Assembly: GCF_009914755.1 (NCBI RefSeq)
Contig: NC_060928.1
Origin: the human T2T-CHM13v2.0 reference genome, Homo sapiens
Strand: one strand, 5' to 3'
Length of the DNA stretch: 64,000 nucleotides
The notes under the pieces: generated by a model
The model's input: the letters and a program-made list of their open reading frames with translations, nothing else
Database searches by the model: none
What the model was told of the DNA's origin: nothing
Program-made: the position numbers and the translations under genes
Shown: positions 25,889 to 40,408 of the stretch, piece after piece
How the letters are laid out: the number at the start of each line of letters is the position of its first letter
How positions within the stretch are numbered: position 1 is the stretch's first letter

Positions 25889-26829
25889 CAGTCATCTATA
25901 ATGCCAGAAGTGGGAAGAAGCCTGAATGTCTCTTACATTAAAAACATTACCAGAGATTTCTGTAATTTTAATTAATTGGTGAGATCTGCCACAAAGTTAG
26001 TTCTTCTTCATAAAAGTATTGGCCAGCTGGAGTATTTAATGGACCACAGACCAATGATCTATCAAATTTCATTTATAGATCCAATTAAGTATTTCTTATG
26101 TGGCAGACATTATATGACAAATAGTTTGTATTGGTAAGCATTCAAGGTCCAAAGCCTTATATGGAAAATTAAGCAAACGAGTTTTGGAGAAAAGTATTTC
26201 TTACTGATTTTATCCTTCTTCTCACTAAAGCATGGGGCTACCGTCTTCAAAAACAAGTTATTTTAATTGCAGTTGATTATCTTTTAAGACTACTACAACT
26301 GGCTGCGTGATAAGATTGTATGATTAATTTTCCCTTTGGAATTATTTGTGCTAAGAATTATAAATTTAATTTTTTACATAACTATATAGGTAGATAAAAG
26401 GCAAGTCCACAGATAGGGGTGTCAATATCTCTTATCAAGTGCATTTAATAAAAGTGCCTTTTCCTCTGAAAAGATACAGCTATAAACTGATGCTAAGGGC
26501 TTGATGAGCAAGTTTAGTTGAGGCTGGGTTTTAAACTCTATTTAATTCCTAGATTGTAAGACTTTGTGCAAAATACACTCATACAACCACATGCAGAGAA
26601 ACTGCCCTTAACGTGATTGTCTCATAATTTAACCCTACTAGGAATGCTCTTTTAATAAAGCTTATCTTTGTTTTGTTTTGTTTTTTTTTTTTTTTAAAGA
26701 ATGGGACTCTTCTTTAGATAAAAAATAATGTCAATATAAAAATTGCTTTTATTTTAATTCTGACTGTAGTAAAAATGTTGGTTCTCATATGGTAAAATTA
26801 CGATCTTCACTAAACAAAGTTAAATATGT

Positions 26830-27372
26830 GTATTAAGCCAGGTCTTCTGGAATCACAGCCAGAGGCAAGATTTAAAGTGCTAATAATTTGTTTAGGAGGT
26901 GGAAGTCTTGAATGGTAACATTGAGGATTAAAAAGAAGAAAATATATTCAGCAATATGGTACTATATCTTGCCTACCTTGCCTGCCTCGTCACTACATGA
27001 CAATGAGCTACCAAAAGGCATGGGATGCTATTTCTCAGATGTGTTTGCTCAGCATGTTGGCTGATCTGGAAAGTTCGGAAGGAGAAACTACACCTCACAG
27101 TATTCCATTTAGAAAAAAGAGGAGGGTAGCATATTAGCCCCTGTCCTCCATGATTTCTCTTCTGCATTAGTCAAAGTTGTAACATTGGAAGCTAGCTTTC
27201 TAGATGTTACCATCTTGCCCTTTAGAGGCTGGTCAAAAAGCCAAAGTGCATATCCTGCAGTAGAACATTTTATTGAAATCTAGAGTTGGATGAGTAATTT
27301 TTTAATTTTTATGTAAGCACACCAGGAAAGAAAGAAAAAGGAAGTGGGTGGTAAAGGGAATCTGAGAATGTA
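26830..27372 (-). mobile_element. Very old ERVL-type LTR remnant
   Basis: CAGGTCTTCTGGAATCACAGCCAGAGGCAAGATTTAAAGTGC...TTTAGGAGG resembles LTR33/LTR16-class ends; weak. Confidence 0.35.
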
Positions 27373-28010
27373 CATGGGGCTAGAAAACAATGCGGAAAAA
27401 TAAAGTCTTCCGAAGCAGCCTTAGAAGAAAAGTTATTCTCTGAACTTCTCCTGCCCTCCTGTATCTCAGTCCTATTTTCCCCCAATGCCAGCCATAGAAA
27501 TTAGAATATCTCCTCTTCAAGGCAGGTCATAGAAACCAGAGACAATTTTGTTTAAAGCCAGTCACAAAACTTAAAAATTGTACTACCATTGTCCCTATAC
27601 CTTACCTGTGTCAAAAACTGGCCATAAAGGAATTATCTGATCTATCTTGTTTGACTATATGTTAAAAGACCCCCATTCCAGAGAGGGCCATGCCCCATAC
27701 CAAAAAGGAAGTAAGGCATGCACAGAGAGGCAAAGAAGAGTCTAGACAGAAGGGCCTTGCTGGGTTTCCCAACTCAGTCTATCACCATTAAATCATACCA
27801 TTTTGTCCAATCACATTTCTGTATGGCTGTCCACACTTTGTTGAACCTAAGGATAAAAATGGACAATTTCCCCTCTATCTTTGGGTCTTCATGGTGAAGG
27901 TTCCTATGTACACACGTTAAATAAATTTGTATGCCTTTTCTCCTATTAATCAATCTGCCTCATGTCAGTGATGTTCAAACCTCCAGGAGACAAGGGCCTT
28001 GGTTCCTACA
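27373..28010 (+). mobile_element. MER39-family solo LTR (ERV1)
   Basis: GCAGCCTTAGAAG...GGTCATAGAAACCAGA...CCTTGCTGGGTTTCCC...AATAAATTTGTATGCCTTTTCTCCT...CCTACA; paralogous to 37252-37894. Confidence 0.82.
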
Positions 28011-28039
28011 TACAAATGTGTGTGTCCAATAAACATTCT

Positions 28040-28232
28040 TCCCAGTGTTTCCATAGTACTTAATTCTAATGCCTAAAAGCTACAATGGGTATCAGTTTTT
28101 AATATGCCTCTATCTCACACTAGACTTCAGGCTCCTTGAAAACCTATACTGTTTCTATTACTGGCCTTATCCATGTTTAGCATGTTGCATAATATAATAG
28201 GTAGAGAATAAACAATTATTGAATCAATGGTT
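28040..28232 (+). mobile_element. L2 3' end fragment
   Basis: TAGACTTCAGGCTCCTTGA...TAGGTAGAGAATAAACAATTATTGAATCAATG. Confidence 0.55.
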
Positions 28233-28301
28233 GTTAAATGAGTTAGAATTCAAAGAGAGAGAGTAATTCTCACATAGGATGAAGTTTAAATAGTCAAAGA
28301 A

Positions 28302-28904
28302 TGTAGGGATTTCATCCTAAAACATGGCTCCCTGGTATAGTGAGTATTTAGAATTAAAGGACTTAGAGGTCAACAGACACTGGAAGAGACTTTTTCCCTA
28401 TCTAAATGAAGACCAGATCAGATGGACCCCCTAAAGAGAAAAATTTTTTTTCTTACCCTACCCATTATCCCATTATCTATTATAGAAAAGAAGACCAAGA
28501 AGGTAGCATATAACCACACCTGAAGAGACCCTTTTATAAGATAGAGTTTATTTCTCAGGCCCGTTCAGATTCCAGAAAGAACTATTTACAAGTTAATCTC
28601 TGTTCCCCATCTATTCATTCTCCCTAGAAATTATTTATTGCACTTCAACAGAATTCCTTTTCCTTTCCCTCCCATAACCTGTTTCGCCAGGATCCAAGCT
28701 TCTCTTCTTTCTGTAAACTCAAGACAATATATAAGCTTCTGAACCACACTGGGGGAGCAGGGAGTATGGATAATTACTCTGTGGTTCTTCCCCATGTGCA
28801 TGTTAATAAATTTCTGTGCCTCTTCTCTTATCAATCTGCCTTTGTAGTTGATTTCTCAGCAAACATTCAGGGTACAAAAAGAAAGTTTTTCCCTTGGCCC
28901 CTAT
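28302..28904 (+). mobile_element. ERV1 solo LTR of the MER34/MER39/LTR48 group
   Basis: TGTAGGG...ATGGCTCCCTGGTAT...TATATAAGCTTCTG...AATAAATTT...CCCTTGGCCCCT; 3' end shared with neighbouring MER39-type LTRs. Confidence 0.75.
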
Positions 28905-29351
28905 GGTAGCAATAGAATCTAGCCAATGTTTTTAAAAATCAAAAAAGAGTGAATATTAATTGCTCATGCCTTAGACCAGAGATTTACTGCTGGTTAGTCG
29001 CTAAAGGATTTTCCGCTCTTCAAAACATTTTCTCTTTTCCATTTTATTCAGGAAGCCAAGGGAAATAAGAAAATAAAATTATTAAGGGCCTATTTAGCAC
29101 TAGTTGTGAAAATTGGGTAGGGTCCTGCAGTGAGTGTGAAAGCAAGGAAAAGATTCAGATTCTATTCAGAGTCTTAGTGAGTTGAGCTAGTCTTACTGTC
29201 CTCTAATTAGAACCATATAAATCACCTATTTATGAAAAACCAACCAACTAATAGACATTCCACACCTGCTCATGAAAACCTAGTGGATTCATGGGTGAAC
29301 AACATAAAACAACAATGCAGTATTTCTGTGTTTTTAAAATACCTCTCCCAT

Positions 29352-30056
29352 TGTTAGCAGTGGTAAATTTGTATGGGTCTGCAACAACCTCAATTCTTGC
29401 ATCCTTAGAAGAAATAATTCGACCGACGGGGCATAAGGCAAAGTGAGACACTGAGGCAAGTTTTAGAGCAGAAGTGAAAGTTTATTAAAGAGTTTTAGAG
29501 AAGGAACAAAAGGAAGTAAAGTCATTTGAAAGAGGGCCAAGTGGGTGACTTGAGAGATTCAAGTGCACTATTTGACCTTTGACTTGGGGCTTTATACATT
29601 GGCATGCTTCCAGGTTTTGCATCTCTTCTCTCCTGACTTTTCCCTTGGGGTGGGCTGTTCCCATGTGCAGTGGCCTGCCAGCATTTGGGAGGGGCCGCAC
29701 ACTCAGTGTGTTTACAGAAGTTGTATGCATGCTCACTTGAGGTGTTTTTCCCTTACCATTTGAGTGTTCCTAGAGGAAGAACACATACCAGTTAAACTCC
29801 ACCATTCTGTCTCTTGGTGTGCATGCTTGAGCCCACTTGCCTAACTCCAGAGATCTTATCATGAAGCTGCTTCTCACCAGCTTTAGATGTTTTCTATCGA
29901 TTAGAAGACTGCCTTTCCCTGGTGCAGGCTGCAACCAATTATTATTTTAGAGAGATATTTTAACAACTGCCTGGCCATCATCTAATGGTCATCAAACATT
30001 CCTGGTAGTGAGGGAGCCCTCTCCTGCCCTGCTTATGTCTGACTACCTACCTGTGA
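29352..30056 (-). mobile_element. MER50-family solo LTR (ERV1)
   Basis: GGGTCTGCAACAACCTCAATTCTTGC...GGCAAGTTTTAGAGCAG...AAAGTTTATTAAA...CTCTCCTGCCCTGC. Confidence 0.85.
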
Positions 30057-30077
30057 ATTATCAATTCAAATTTTAGG

Positions 30078-30452
30078 AGTCTCAGAGCCAGTGTTGTGTT
30101 GCTATGACAAATTACCTCAGACCATGTGATTTATTAAGAACAGAAATTTATTTTTTCACTGTTCTGAGGCCTGGACAGCCTACAGTCATATTCTGGAGGC
30201 TGGAACATTCAAGATCAAAGCAGGTATGGTAGTCTGGCAAGGGGTACATCATCTAGAGGAGAGGAATGCTATGTCCTCACATGTAAAATGGAAGGATGAA
30301 CTAGCCAAATGTGTGAATCCTTTTATGAGGGCCTTAATCTCATTAACAAAGGAGAGACCCTCATGGCCTCATCACCTATTAAAGACCCCATCTCTTAGTA
30401 CTATCACACTAGTAACACCTAATTTTGGAGGAGACACATTCAAACTGTAGCA
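30078..30452 (-). mobile_element. MSTC-like MaLR LTR
   Basis: AAGAACAGAAATTTATT...GAATGCTATGTCCTCACATG...GGAGGAGACACATTCAAACTGTAGCA. Confidence 0.8.
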
Positions 30453-30737
30453 GCAAGTGAGGGTAGACCTATCTTAGGGCATAGTTTGGGGGACGAAGAG
30501 TGAATAGAAATAAGGAGTCAGTTTTAAAAGCATTTGATTTCTAGCCAAACACAGGGTCCAGCTACCTATTGACAATTCCTCTTACATATTTAATAAATAT
30601 CTCAAATTTAACCTATACCTTCAAACAAACCTAATCCTAAATTATATGATTCTCCCTATAATATGGAAGACTAATTTCAAAATCAGAGAAACCTTTTGAA
30701 ATTTAACATATTTAATTGTATTAAAAATAAAACAACA

Positions 30738-31022
<285 letters not shown>

Positions 31023-33029
31023 TAAAACAAAACATCTTTTATTTTTTGGTCTTTCTAATTTTATGACAAGCAGGTAAAAACTTTATCATAACTCGTATCA
31101 TTAACTTTGGGAATCACTAAATTAATCCATTCTTAGTATTTACTATGGAAGAGACATAACATAAGAATGTGTATGATGTGTTAAAAATAACATAGCTAGT
31201 GAGCAATAAAACCAAAATAGAAAGCTGGCTTTCTGATATTTATTATAGTATTTTCCTACAAACTTATCAATTCTAATTTCAGGTAATCTTGGTGTTCTCT
31301 TCCTGTCTTCTCTTTTAACCCTTCCCTATTTTCTTAAGTCTTCTCTACAGAGACTTTCAGGTTCTTAGCTAATGGAAATTTGCTGAGGTAATGAAGAAAC
31401 AAGAGTTGAATGGTTTAGTAAAAATCCACAGTACTTGTGAGAACAGTACAAACACTATTTGTATATAAAGCAAATTCTGAGAAAATAATGTATCAATAGA
31501 AAATGAATTAAAATGAAACTCTTTCATGCATGCCGTGTGAAAATTCTGTAAAAATCAGTTCTATGACAGGTACATCTATAGTACATGGATCCAAGATTCA
31601 TCATTTTGGTATTTTTCCCATGGCAATACAATTTTAGGTGTTAAATAGATCATCAGATTACCCAAGATGAAAAAGTACCTAATAACTGTTATCTCAGTGT
31701 TTACTTTGCATTTAGAAGAAGAGAAACATTGCTATTGACAGGCATCAACAGACTCTAACAATAGGTGGTTTGTATTTCTCAGTGACAGACATTTTTAATT
31801 GGAAAGAGAGATAGAGTCCAATGGAGATATGAGTGTGATGTAGATGGAAGAGATTTGTTTCCCTTCTCAGCACTAGCTCTCAAGTATATTTTTATCTTTT
31901 TCTATTCACTTTGGTCACAAATGTTCTCTCCTTCACAACTATTACATGTGGTCAAACTACTATGAACTCTTTCCTACTATATTGAATTTATCTGTTTTGT
32001 ATGACTAGCGGTCATAAGAGTGCAATAGTTCTATTTATTCAAGCATCCATTTTTAATTTTCAGAGGATCAATTGATAAAACTCAGGGGAATGAAGGTCAC
32101 CAATTACTGGAACATAATCTGTCCCTTTGTCTGTCTATTTGTATATCAATCTTATCAGCTCTGACATAAACATTTAAATTGCATTTACCATCCTTGCTTT
32201 AGTACATGAAGTTCACACATAAGATGATCCTTTAACATCATTTAAAGACATTAGACTTTTATACATTCACAGACTATTCTGATGGATTTAGAAAGGTTAC
32301 AAAGAGATGTTAAAAGGTAATTTTTAGAAAAAGATAAAATTGTGACTTGCATACAGCATAATAAATAATACACATTAAATAATTTATTTCCTCATATAAT
32401 ATGAGGTAACCAGGTAGATGTTATAGCAGTACAAAAAAAATTAAAAAGCACAAATTTCCATGAAGTAAAGGAATGTTGAGGTACATTGTGAATGTGGACA
32501 AAACCAGATTTTCCACGGTGGAAGGAAGTCAATTATGATCAGTATCAGACAAGATTGAATTTACATATCTATCAGAAATAAAATTATTTAAATAACTAAA
32601 GTAGAGGTTAAACTATTTATTTAGCTGACATGCATCAGGTAGCACCTGAAGACCCAGAGATTACCCACTGAAGGGTCAGGGTTTTTATAGCAAGAGGAAA
32701 GTTAATTTATTGTCTTTGTTGTTTTGGCTTAAGCAGCAATTTTCACTTTAGCTGAAACTTACAGTTGAAAGTTGGTCCTAAATTTAGGCTCTTTGCTCGG
32801 GGCCATTGGTGCAATCCTGAAAAACATCACCACAGTATTTTTTTGGAAATTGTTTTTTGCCAGCTTGAGAGAATTATGGGCTAGTGTAAGTTTATAGGGT
32901 GAGGGAAGTAAACAGCAAAATATAAAAAGAGAAGCAATAGCAGAAGGCTAGGGGAAAACTGGGATGCTACTAGCATGTCTATTTTAGTCCTTTTACAAAT
33001 CCTGTATTTGCTCAAATAATATTGATATT

Positions 33030-33580
33030 ATTACTCCCTTTCACACAAGAAAGTTAAAGAATTTCAATAATAATTGCTTGAATACAGTCTGCTTTCACCA
33101 GTGGACACTGAACTGTTCCTAAAGAAGAAGGCCTAAAAAGAAAATAAATCTGAACATAATTTGCTTGACCTCATAGCCACCCCCCTAATAAGGACCACTG
33201 TAACAGTGAAAGCCTGACAACAGAAAAAAAGGAGCCCAATTACCTCTACTTTTTATAAAGTAGCTAGCTACAGAAAATCTTCCACTCTTAACATGGAACA
33301 ATCCTTCCTCTGTTGAAGCATCCTTGAAAAGCTCCCTTGCCTCCTTGCAGCCAACCAGGGACTGCCAAACGTAACTGAAGAAAGCTGCCTCCACTTCCAA
33401 AACTTGCATTTTAATAGAATGCTTGCCAATCAAAGACTGTCTCAATCTTTTATCTATTCACTCTATAAAATGTATTATTCTTTCCCTGCTGAGCTGTATT
33501 GGCACATGGGCTCTCTTGTCTTAATTTTATGAATAAATAGTTTTTGTTAATTTTGTCTCAGACTTAATTTTACTCTGACA
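33030..33580 (+). mobile_element. Old unclassified LTR
   Basis: CCAAT, CTATAAAA and AATAAA in order, terminal TGACA; 5' boundary uncertain. Confidence 0.4.
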
Positions 33581-34035
33581 GAACATTAGGAGACATTTTG
33601 TTCTCTGGCTAATATGGAAATATTTCATGAAGAGAGCCTCTTGAAATCCTCATGAATTCACCATTTTCTACCTGGTTCATTGTAAAAGACAAATGGAAAG
33701 GTATTTTGTAAGATGTTTGCTGGAATAATTTTTCTACTTCATCTCCTTCTATTCTGAAGTAATTACTTTAGCAGGAAGTCAAATAATCATGGAGTAAGTA
33801 AGGCAGAGACTGATGACAAGACAGGAAAATCAGCAGCTAGTCCAAGACTGATCTATCCCACACGTTACACGGGAATAATTTTTATATCAATGAGGAGAAA
33901 TTTATTGAGTTAACCTAATAATAACCAAACTAGATACCCAATACCCAAACTAAAAATTTCAAGGTCTGTTGTTGGAATCTGGAAGTACTATTGTGGCATT
34001 CAATGAGAAAAAATTACAATCTGTTTAGTACACTA

Positions 34036-34200
34036 TTTTTAAATTTATTTTTTATTTCAATAGGTTTTGGGGGAAGAAGAGGTGTTTGGTTAGATGAATA
34101 AGTTATTCAGTAGTGATTTCTGAGATTTTGGTGCAATCATCACCCAAGCAGTATACACTGTACCCAATGTGTAGTCTTGTATGCTTCATCCCCCTCCCAC
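34036..34200 (-). mobile_element. Extremely 5'-truncated L1 (L1PB1-like 3' end)
   Basis: TTTCAATAGGTTTTGGGGGAA...GATTTCTGAGATTTTGGTGCA; TSD CTGTTTAGTACACT/CTGTTTAGTATACT. Confidence 0.88.
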
Positions 34201-34621
34201 CTGTTTAGTATACTTTTATAGGAAACAAAGAGATAATGAGTAATACAATGCATATTTTTTAAAACCCAAATTTAGTAGTCAGAAGAATTGACAATTATTT
34301 AGACAAAAGTTTTAATTTTAAAATTAGAATATAATGGCTTGATTGAACAATTCACATTTTATAAATCAAGTTCAACCATGTGTAAGAAAATATATTTTTT
34401 AGACCATTACAATTTATGTTTACATACTTTTAAATGTTAAACAATATATTCCTAAATCAATAGCTTCAGTTTAAACATCGCTTATTCCCTTATTTTGTAG
34501 GCTTTTCTATGGTAAGTATTCATTTAGTTATTTTAGATCTTCATGATTCCTCTGATACAAAAGAGATTCTGAATCATTTCTATTAAAACCATGCATAAAT
34601 TGTAAAAAAAGCTTCCTGTGA

Positions 34622-34914
34622 GGGAAGTGCAGTGGCTCTTGCCTGTAATCCTAAAACTTTGGGAGGATGAGGCCGAAGGATTCCTTTAGCCCAGGAGTTC
34701 AAGACCAACGTGAGCAACATAGCGAAAACATGTCTCTACAAAAAGTGGGGAAAAAAATTAGCCAGGCATGGTAGTGCATGCCTTTAGTCTCAGCAACTCA
34801 GGAGGCTAAGGTGGGAGAATTGCTTGAGGCCAGGAGACCTAGTCGTTAGTGAGCTTGTGCCACTGCACTCTCTGCTGCAGAGTGAGACCCTGTGTGAAAA
34901 TGAAGAGAAGAAAA
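34622..34914 (+). mobile_element. AluJ
   Basis: Diverged dimeric Alu with GCCCAGGAGTTCAAGACC and GAGTGAGACCCTGT. Confidence 0.9.
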
Positions 34915-35963
34915 ACTTTGAGGCCACTGAAATTGCATGATTTTTTAAAAAAAACTTATCCGTTCATGGATAGTCTAACTTCATTATTTCAAGAAAATTG
35001 TGACTATATTATGAGTTTACATTTGTATGCCAATAATGGCAAGCTAAGAAATCAGGATTAGCATAAAATAATTAAAGATAAATGTGACTGTGATGTGACA
35101 ACTTAGAAGTTAAATTCAGATCTTTTAGAATAAAAGAAATAGTAGCTAATTACTGCTTTCTCCTTAACAATTCCTAAATAGTGGTGTTGGCATTAGCAAA
35201 AGTCACAGGGTGGAGGGTAAGACTGCCTACTGAATTTTATAGAGAAAAATAGTAAATTAATTACTCTTTACAAAATACTATTTTGGGATTGTTGTTTTCT
35301 CACTTCTCTGAAACAAAGGTTGGCAAAATGGTCCTTTTCAGGTGCATAGATCTGAAATTGATGACCGATTAAATTTAACTGATTAAAAATGTTAGACTAT
35401 AGGACAAAGCCATTGCCTTTTTTATTTAATTAAGATTTGTGCTTCAAAATGTTACAAAAGTAAGAGAAATATGTAAAATATTTTGATTTTGGTACCAAAA
35501 TAGCAGATTCGGAGTGATAGATTGTTACCATTAGGGTCTGAAAATGTATTTCTCCCCAGTAATTGTAAAAGTAAACAAAACAACTAAATCAATTTTACTA
35601 TGATTTTAGAAAATTGGAGTAATTTCAGGCTCAGATACATGTATTTACTGTCCTTTAAACCTATTTACAAAAAACATTGCATTACAATTTTAGTAGAATA
35701 AAATGCATTCAAATACTATAATTTAGAACTTAAACCAATTTGAGCTAAAATTTATATTTTTAAGTTGTTGAACATCATTTATTTTAATACTAAATATTCT
35801 TTAAGTGTTTCAGTTGTAAAAAAATTATAACTACATTAACTAAACAATTCATTAAAACAAATTTTTAAAATTTATAGTTTTTTTAGTTATGACTTTATAA
35901 ACAAAAGTAACAAAATCAAATTGAAGTATCTATTATTGCATATCTTCAGAAATACATTCTTGC

Positions 35964-36190
35964 TTTATTATTGTTATTATTATTATTATTATTATTTTGA
36001 GCCACTGTCTTGCTCTGTCACCCAGGCTGGAGTGCAGTGGCTGTCATGGCTCACTGCAGCCTCAACCTCCAGGGATCAAATGATCCTACCACCTCAGCCT
36101 CCTGTGTAGCTAGCTGTAACTACAGGCCTGTGCCACCATGCCCAACTAATACATAATTTTTTTTTTGAAGATATGGAGTCTCAGGTTGCT
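35964..36190 (-). mobile_element. 5'-truncated AluJ with (TTA)n tail
   Basis: CATGGCTCACTGCAGCCTCAACCTCC...GATCCTACCACCTCAGCCTCC. Confidence 0.9.
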
Positions 36191-36282
36191 TTTTGCTAGC
36201 TCATACTCATTGGTGGTAAAAATTATATAGCTTCACCGCTATTAGAATTAAATAAAAAATACAAAATAAAACCTTTATGAAG

Positions 36283-36971
<689 letters not shown>

Positions 36972-37251
36972 TGAAGCAAAAGTATAAAATACTTAGTGAT
37001 TATTTGCTAATAAAAATGATTCAAACAATCAGTAAAGGGGACATTTGAGGTTATTTTTATTTCTAACCTGTATGTATCATATTTTATGGGTTCAGTTTAC
37101 AAATCACTTTATAGATGAGTTTTTCATGATGCCCTGATTGTCTTCTATTGCCCAGAAGAAGGTATTATAAATCATGATAATATCTATACTGAATTTATAA
37201 TGAACACTAATATTATATTCTATTTTTAGCTACTATTTTTAATTTGCATAC

Positions 37252-37894
37252 AGTTGGAACTCAGAAAACAATGCCCCAAAATGAAGGCTTCAGAAGCAGC
37301 CTCAGAAACAAAAGGTTTTCTCTGATCTTCTGCCCTCCTGTGTCATATTCACATTTTCCCCTGAGGCCAGCCGCAGAAACTAGAATCCCTTTTATCCATG
37401 GTAGGTCATAGAAACCAGACCCCTTTTCCCCAGAGCCAGCCATGAAAGCTAAAAATATTAATCTAACTTTTCCTCCACCTTTCTGTGTGAAACCTGGCTG
37501 TAAAGAAATTGTCTGACCTATCTTATTTGACTGTAGGTCATAAGCTTTCCATTTCATAAGGAGTTCTGTCCCATATCCAGAATGAAGAAATGCACGCTCA
37601 GAGAGGACAAGAAGAATCTAGACAGACAAGTTTTGCTGGGTTTCCCCACTCAATCTATCTGCATTAGATCATACCCTTTTTTGTTCAATTACATTTCTAC
37701 ATAGCTGTTTATGGTTTGTTGAATCTAGGCATAAAAATGGACAATTTCTCCCGTATCTTTGGGCCTTTATTCTGAAAGCTACTGTGTACTCATTAATAAA
37801 TGTGTATGCCTTTTCTCCTGTTAATCTGCCTCTTCTTAGTAATTTTCAGTGATACTTCAGAGAGCAACTGGAAACTTTTGCCTTGGCCTTTACA
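37252..37894 (+). mobile_element. MER39-family solo LTR
   Basis: CAGAAAACAATGCCCCAAAATGAAGGC...AATAAA...TTTACA; flanks ATAC/GTAC. Confidence 0.82.
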
Positions 37895-37950
37895 GTACTC
37901 TTTAACCAGCTATTCATTTCTTATACACACCAGTATATTTTATTTCTGTC

Positions 37951-39229
37951 TTTTTAACTAATATTTTAAAATTTCAACTTTTATTCTAGATACAGGGGGT
38001 ACACGTGCAGATTTGTTACATGGGAATAATGGCATTTGCTGAAGGTTTGGAGTGTGGATCCTGTCATCCAGGTAGTGAGCACAGTACTTGATAGGTAGAT
38101 TTTTCACCCACCCTCCCACCCTCTAGTAGTCCACAGTGCTTGTTGTTCCCATATTTATGTCCATGTTTAGCTTCCACTTATAAGTAAGAACATGCAGTGT
38201 TTGGTTTTCTGTTCCTGCATTAATTTGACAAGAGTTATGGTCTCCAGCTCCATTACTGTTGTGGCAAAGGACAGGATTTTATTATTTTTATGGCTGCATA
38301 CTATTCAATCGTGTGTATGTACCACATTTTCTTTATTCAATCTACCATTGATGGACACTTGGGTTGATTCCATATCTTTGCTACTGTGTATAGCACAGTG
38401 ATGAACATATGAGTGCATGTGTCTTTTTGGTAGGATGATTCATTTTCCCTTGAATATATACCAAGTAATGAGATTACTGGGTCAAATGATCATTCTGTTT
38501 TACATTTGGGAAATCTCCAACTGCTCTCCACAGTGGATAAACTAATTTACATTCCCACCAATGGTGAATAAGCAGTCCCTTTTCTCTATAGCCTTGCCAA
38601 CATCTGTCATTTTTTGACTTTTTAAAAATAGCCAAGACATTGGTGTGAGATAGTATCTCATTGTGATTTTGATTTGCATTTCTCTGACGATTATTGAGAT
38701 GTTAAGCATTTTTTCATAAGTATGTTGGCAACTTGTATGTATGTCTTCCTTTGAGAAGTGTCTGTTCATGTCCTTTGCCCATTTTTTATTGGAGTTATTT
38801 GGTTTTTGCTTGTTGAATTGTTTAATTTCCCTGTAGATTCTGGCCTTTGTCAGATGATAGTTTGCAAATATTTTCTCCCATTCTGTAGGTTGTCTACTTA
38901 CCCTGTTGATAGTTTCTTTTGGTGTGCAGAAGTTCTTTAATTTACCTAGGTCCTACTTGTCTATTTTTGTTTTTGTTGCAATTCCTTTTTTTAGACAAAA
39001 TATTATTTGCCAAGGTAAATATCAAGAAGAGTATTTCCTAGATTGTCTTCCTGGAATTTTATAGTTTAAGACCTTGCATTTAAATCTTTGATCCTTTTTG
39101 AGTTGATTTTTGTATGTGGTGAAAGGTAGAGGCCTGGCTTCAACTTTGTGCATATAGATAGCTAGTTATCCAAGCACCATTTATCAAATAGGGAGCTCTT
39201 TCCAACCATTGCTTCTTTTTGTCAGCCTT
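37951..39229 (-). mobile_element. 5'-truncated L1 (L1PA15/16-like)
   Basis: CAGGGGGTACACGTGCAGATTTGTTACATGGG 3' end; ORF 38542-38769 [10 protein letters not shown] is ORF2 C-terminal. Confidence 0.92.
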
Positions 39230-39472
39230 CAAATTTCATGTTGAATGCCAGGACATTCCCCATAATCATTAATATGGAAAAATACACTGTCAGCAAATGG
39301 TAAATATTATGATTATTCTTTGAAAAATATTTATAATGTGTTATTTCTACTGAGAATGAAAGGTATATAAATATAAATTACTATCAAACATTTATTTTGA
39401 TGTACTGAAATTGATCCTGTTATTTATTGGGAAATGCATATTTAATATATTTTAAAGAGTTTCTCTCTCGAG

Positions 39473-40408
39473 TGAAGGAAACTAAAATATTTTACCCTAA
39501 AATATACTTTAACATATTTTGAGATGGCTACTTAGAGGGCCTTCCAAAGAAGTAGCACTGAAAATTTGCCTTTTGTGGGAGAGATTTACATCTGTAGAGG
39601 AAATCTGCACTGATGCAGTCAGCCCTTCTCTGAGGCCCTTCTTTGTCCAGATCCAAAAAGATTAACTGATAATCTGACACCTTTAAAGGTCTGAAAGAAA
39701 CATTTACCATCTACTCTCTTTGAGTACTCCTAACTCTGAGGTTTCATCTACATAACAAGACCACATTTGCTAGCCAGGCTTCTTCTTCTCTCCCCTCCAT
39801 AACCTTTCTTGATGCTATAACCTGATGTACCACCATAACTAATTTTTGCCATGCTCCCAAGCTTAATTTCCTTCTGTAGCCTCAAGATCATATATAGCTT
39901 CTGTAATTGGTGGGGGAGGTGGTAATCAATCTGTAGTTCCTTGTTGATAAGGTTTGGCTCTGTGTCCCCACCCAAAACGCATCTCGAATTGTAATCCCCA
40001 TGTGTCGAGAGAAAAACCTAGTGGGAGGTGATTGGATTATTCAGACAGCTTCCCCCAGGCTGTTCTCATGATAGTGAATGAGTTCTCACAAGATCTGATG
40101 GTTTGAAAGTGTTTGACACTTCCCCCTTTACTGTCTGTCTCTCCTGCCACCATGAGAAAACATGCCTAGCTTCCCCTTCACCTTCCACCATGATTGTAGT
40201 TTACTGAGGCCTCCCCAGCCATGCTTCCTGTTCAGCCTGCATAACTGTAAGTCAATTAAACCTCTTTTCTTCATAAATTACCCAGTCTCAGGTAGTTTTG
40301 CACATTAATTAATTTGTATGTCCTTTTTCCTATTAATCTGCCTTTTGTCAGGTGATTTTTCAGCAAACCTTCAGAGAGCAATGGGGAAGATTTCCCTTGG
40401 TCCCTAAA
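39473..40408 (+). mobile_element. LTR29/LTR49-like ERV1 solo LTR interrupted by MSTA
   Basis: TGAAGGAAACTAAAATATTTTACCC...GACACCTTTAAAGGTCTGA; resumes at ~40299 with TTTGTATG...CAGCAAACCTTCAGAG. Confidence 0.75.
39945..40297 (+). mobile_element. MSTA LTR with 3' end deleted
   Basis: TGATAAGGTTTGGCTCTGTGTCCCCACCCAAA...TTACCCAGTCTCAGGTAGTT. Confidence 0.9.
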
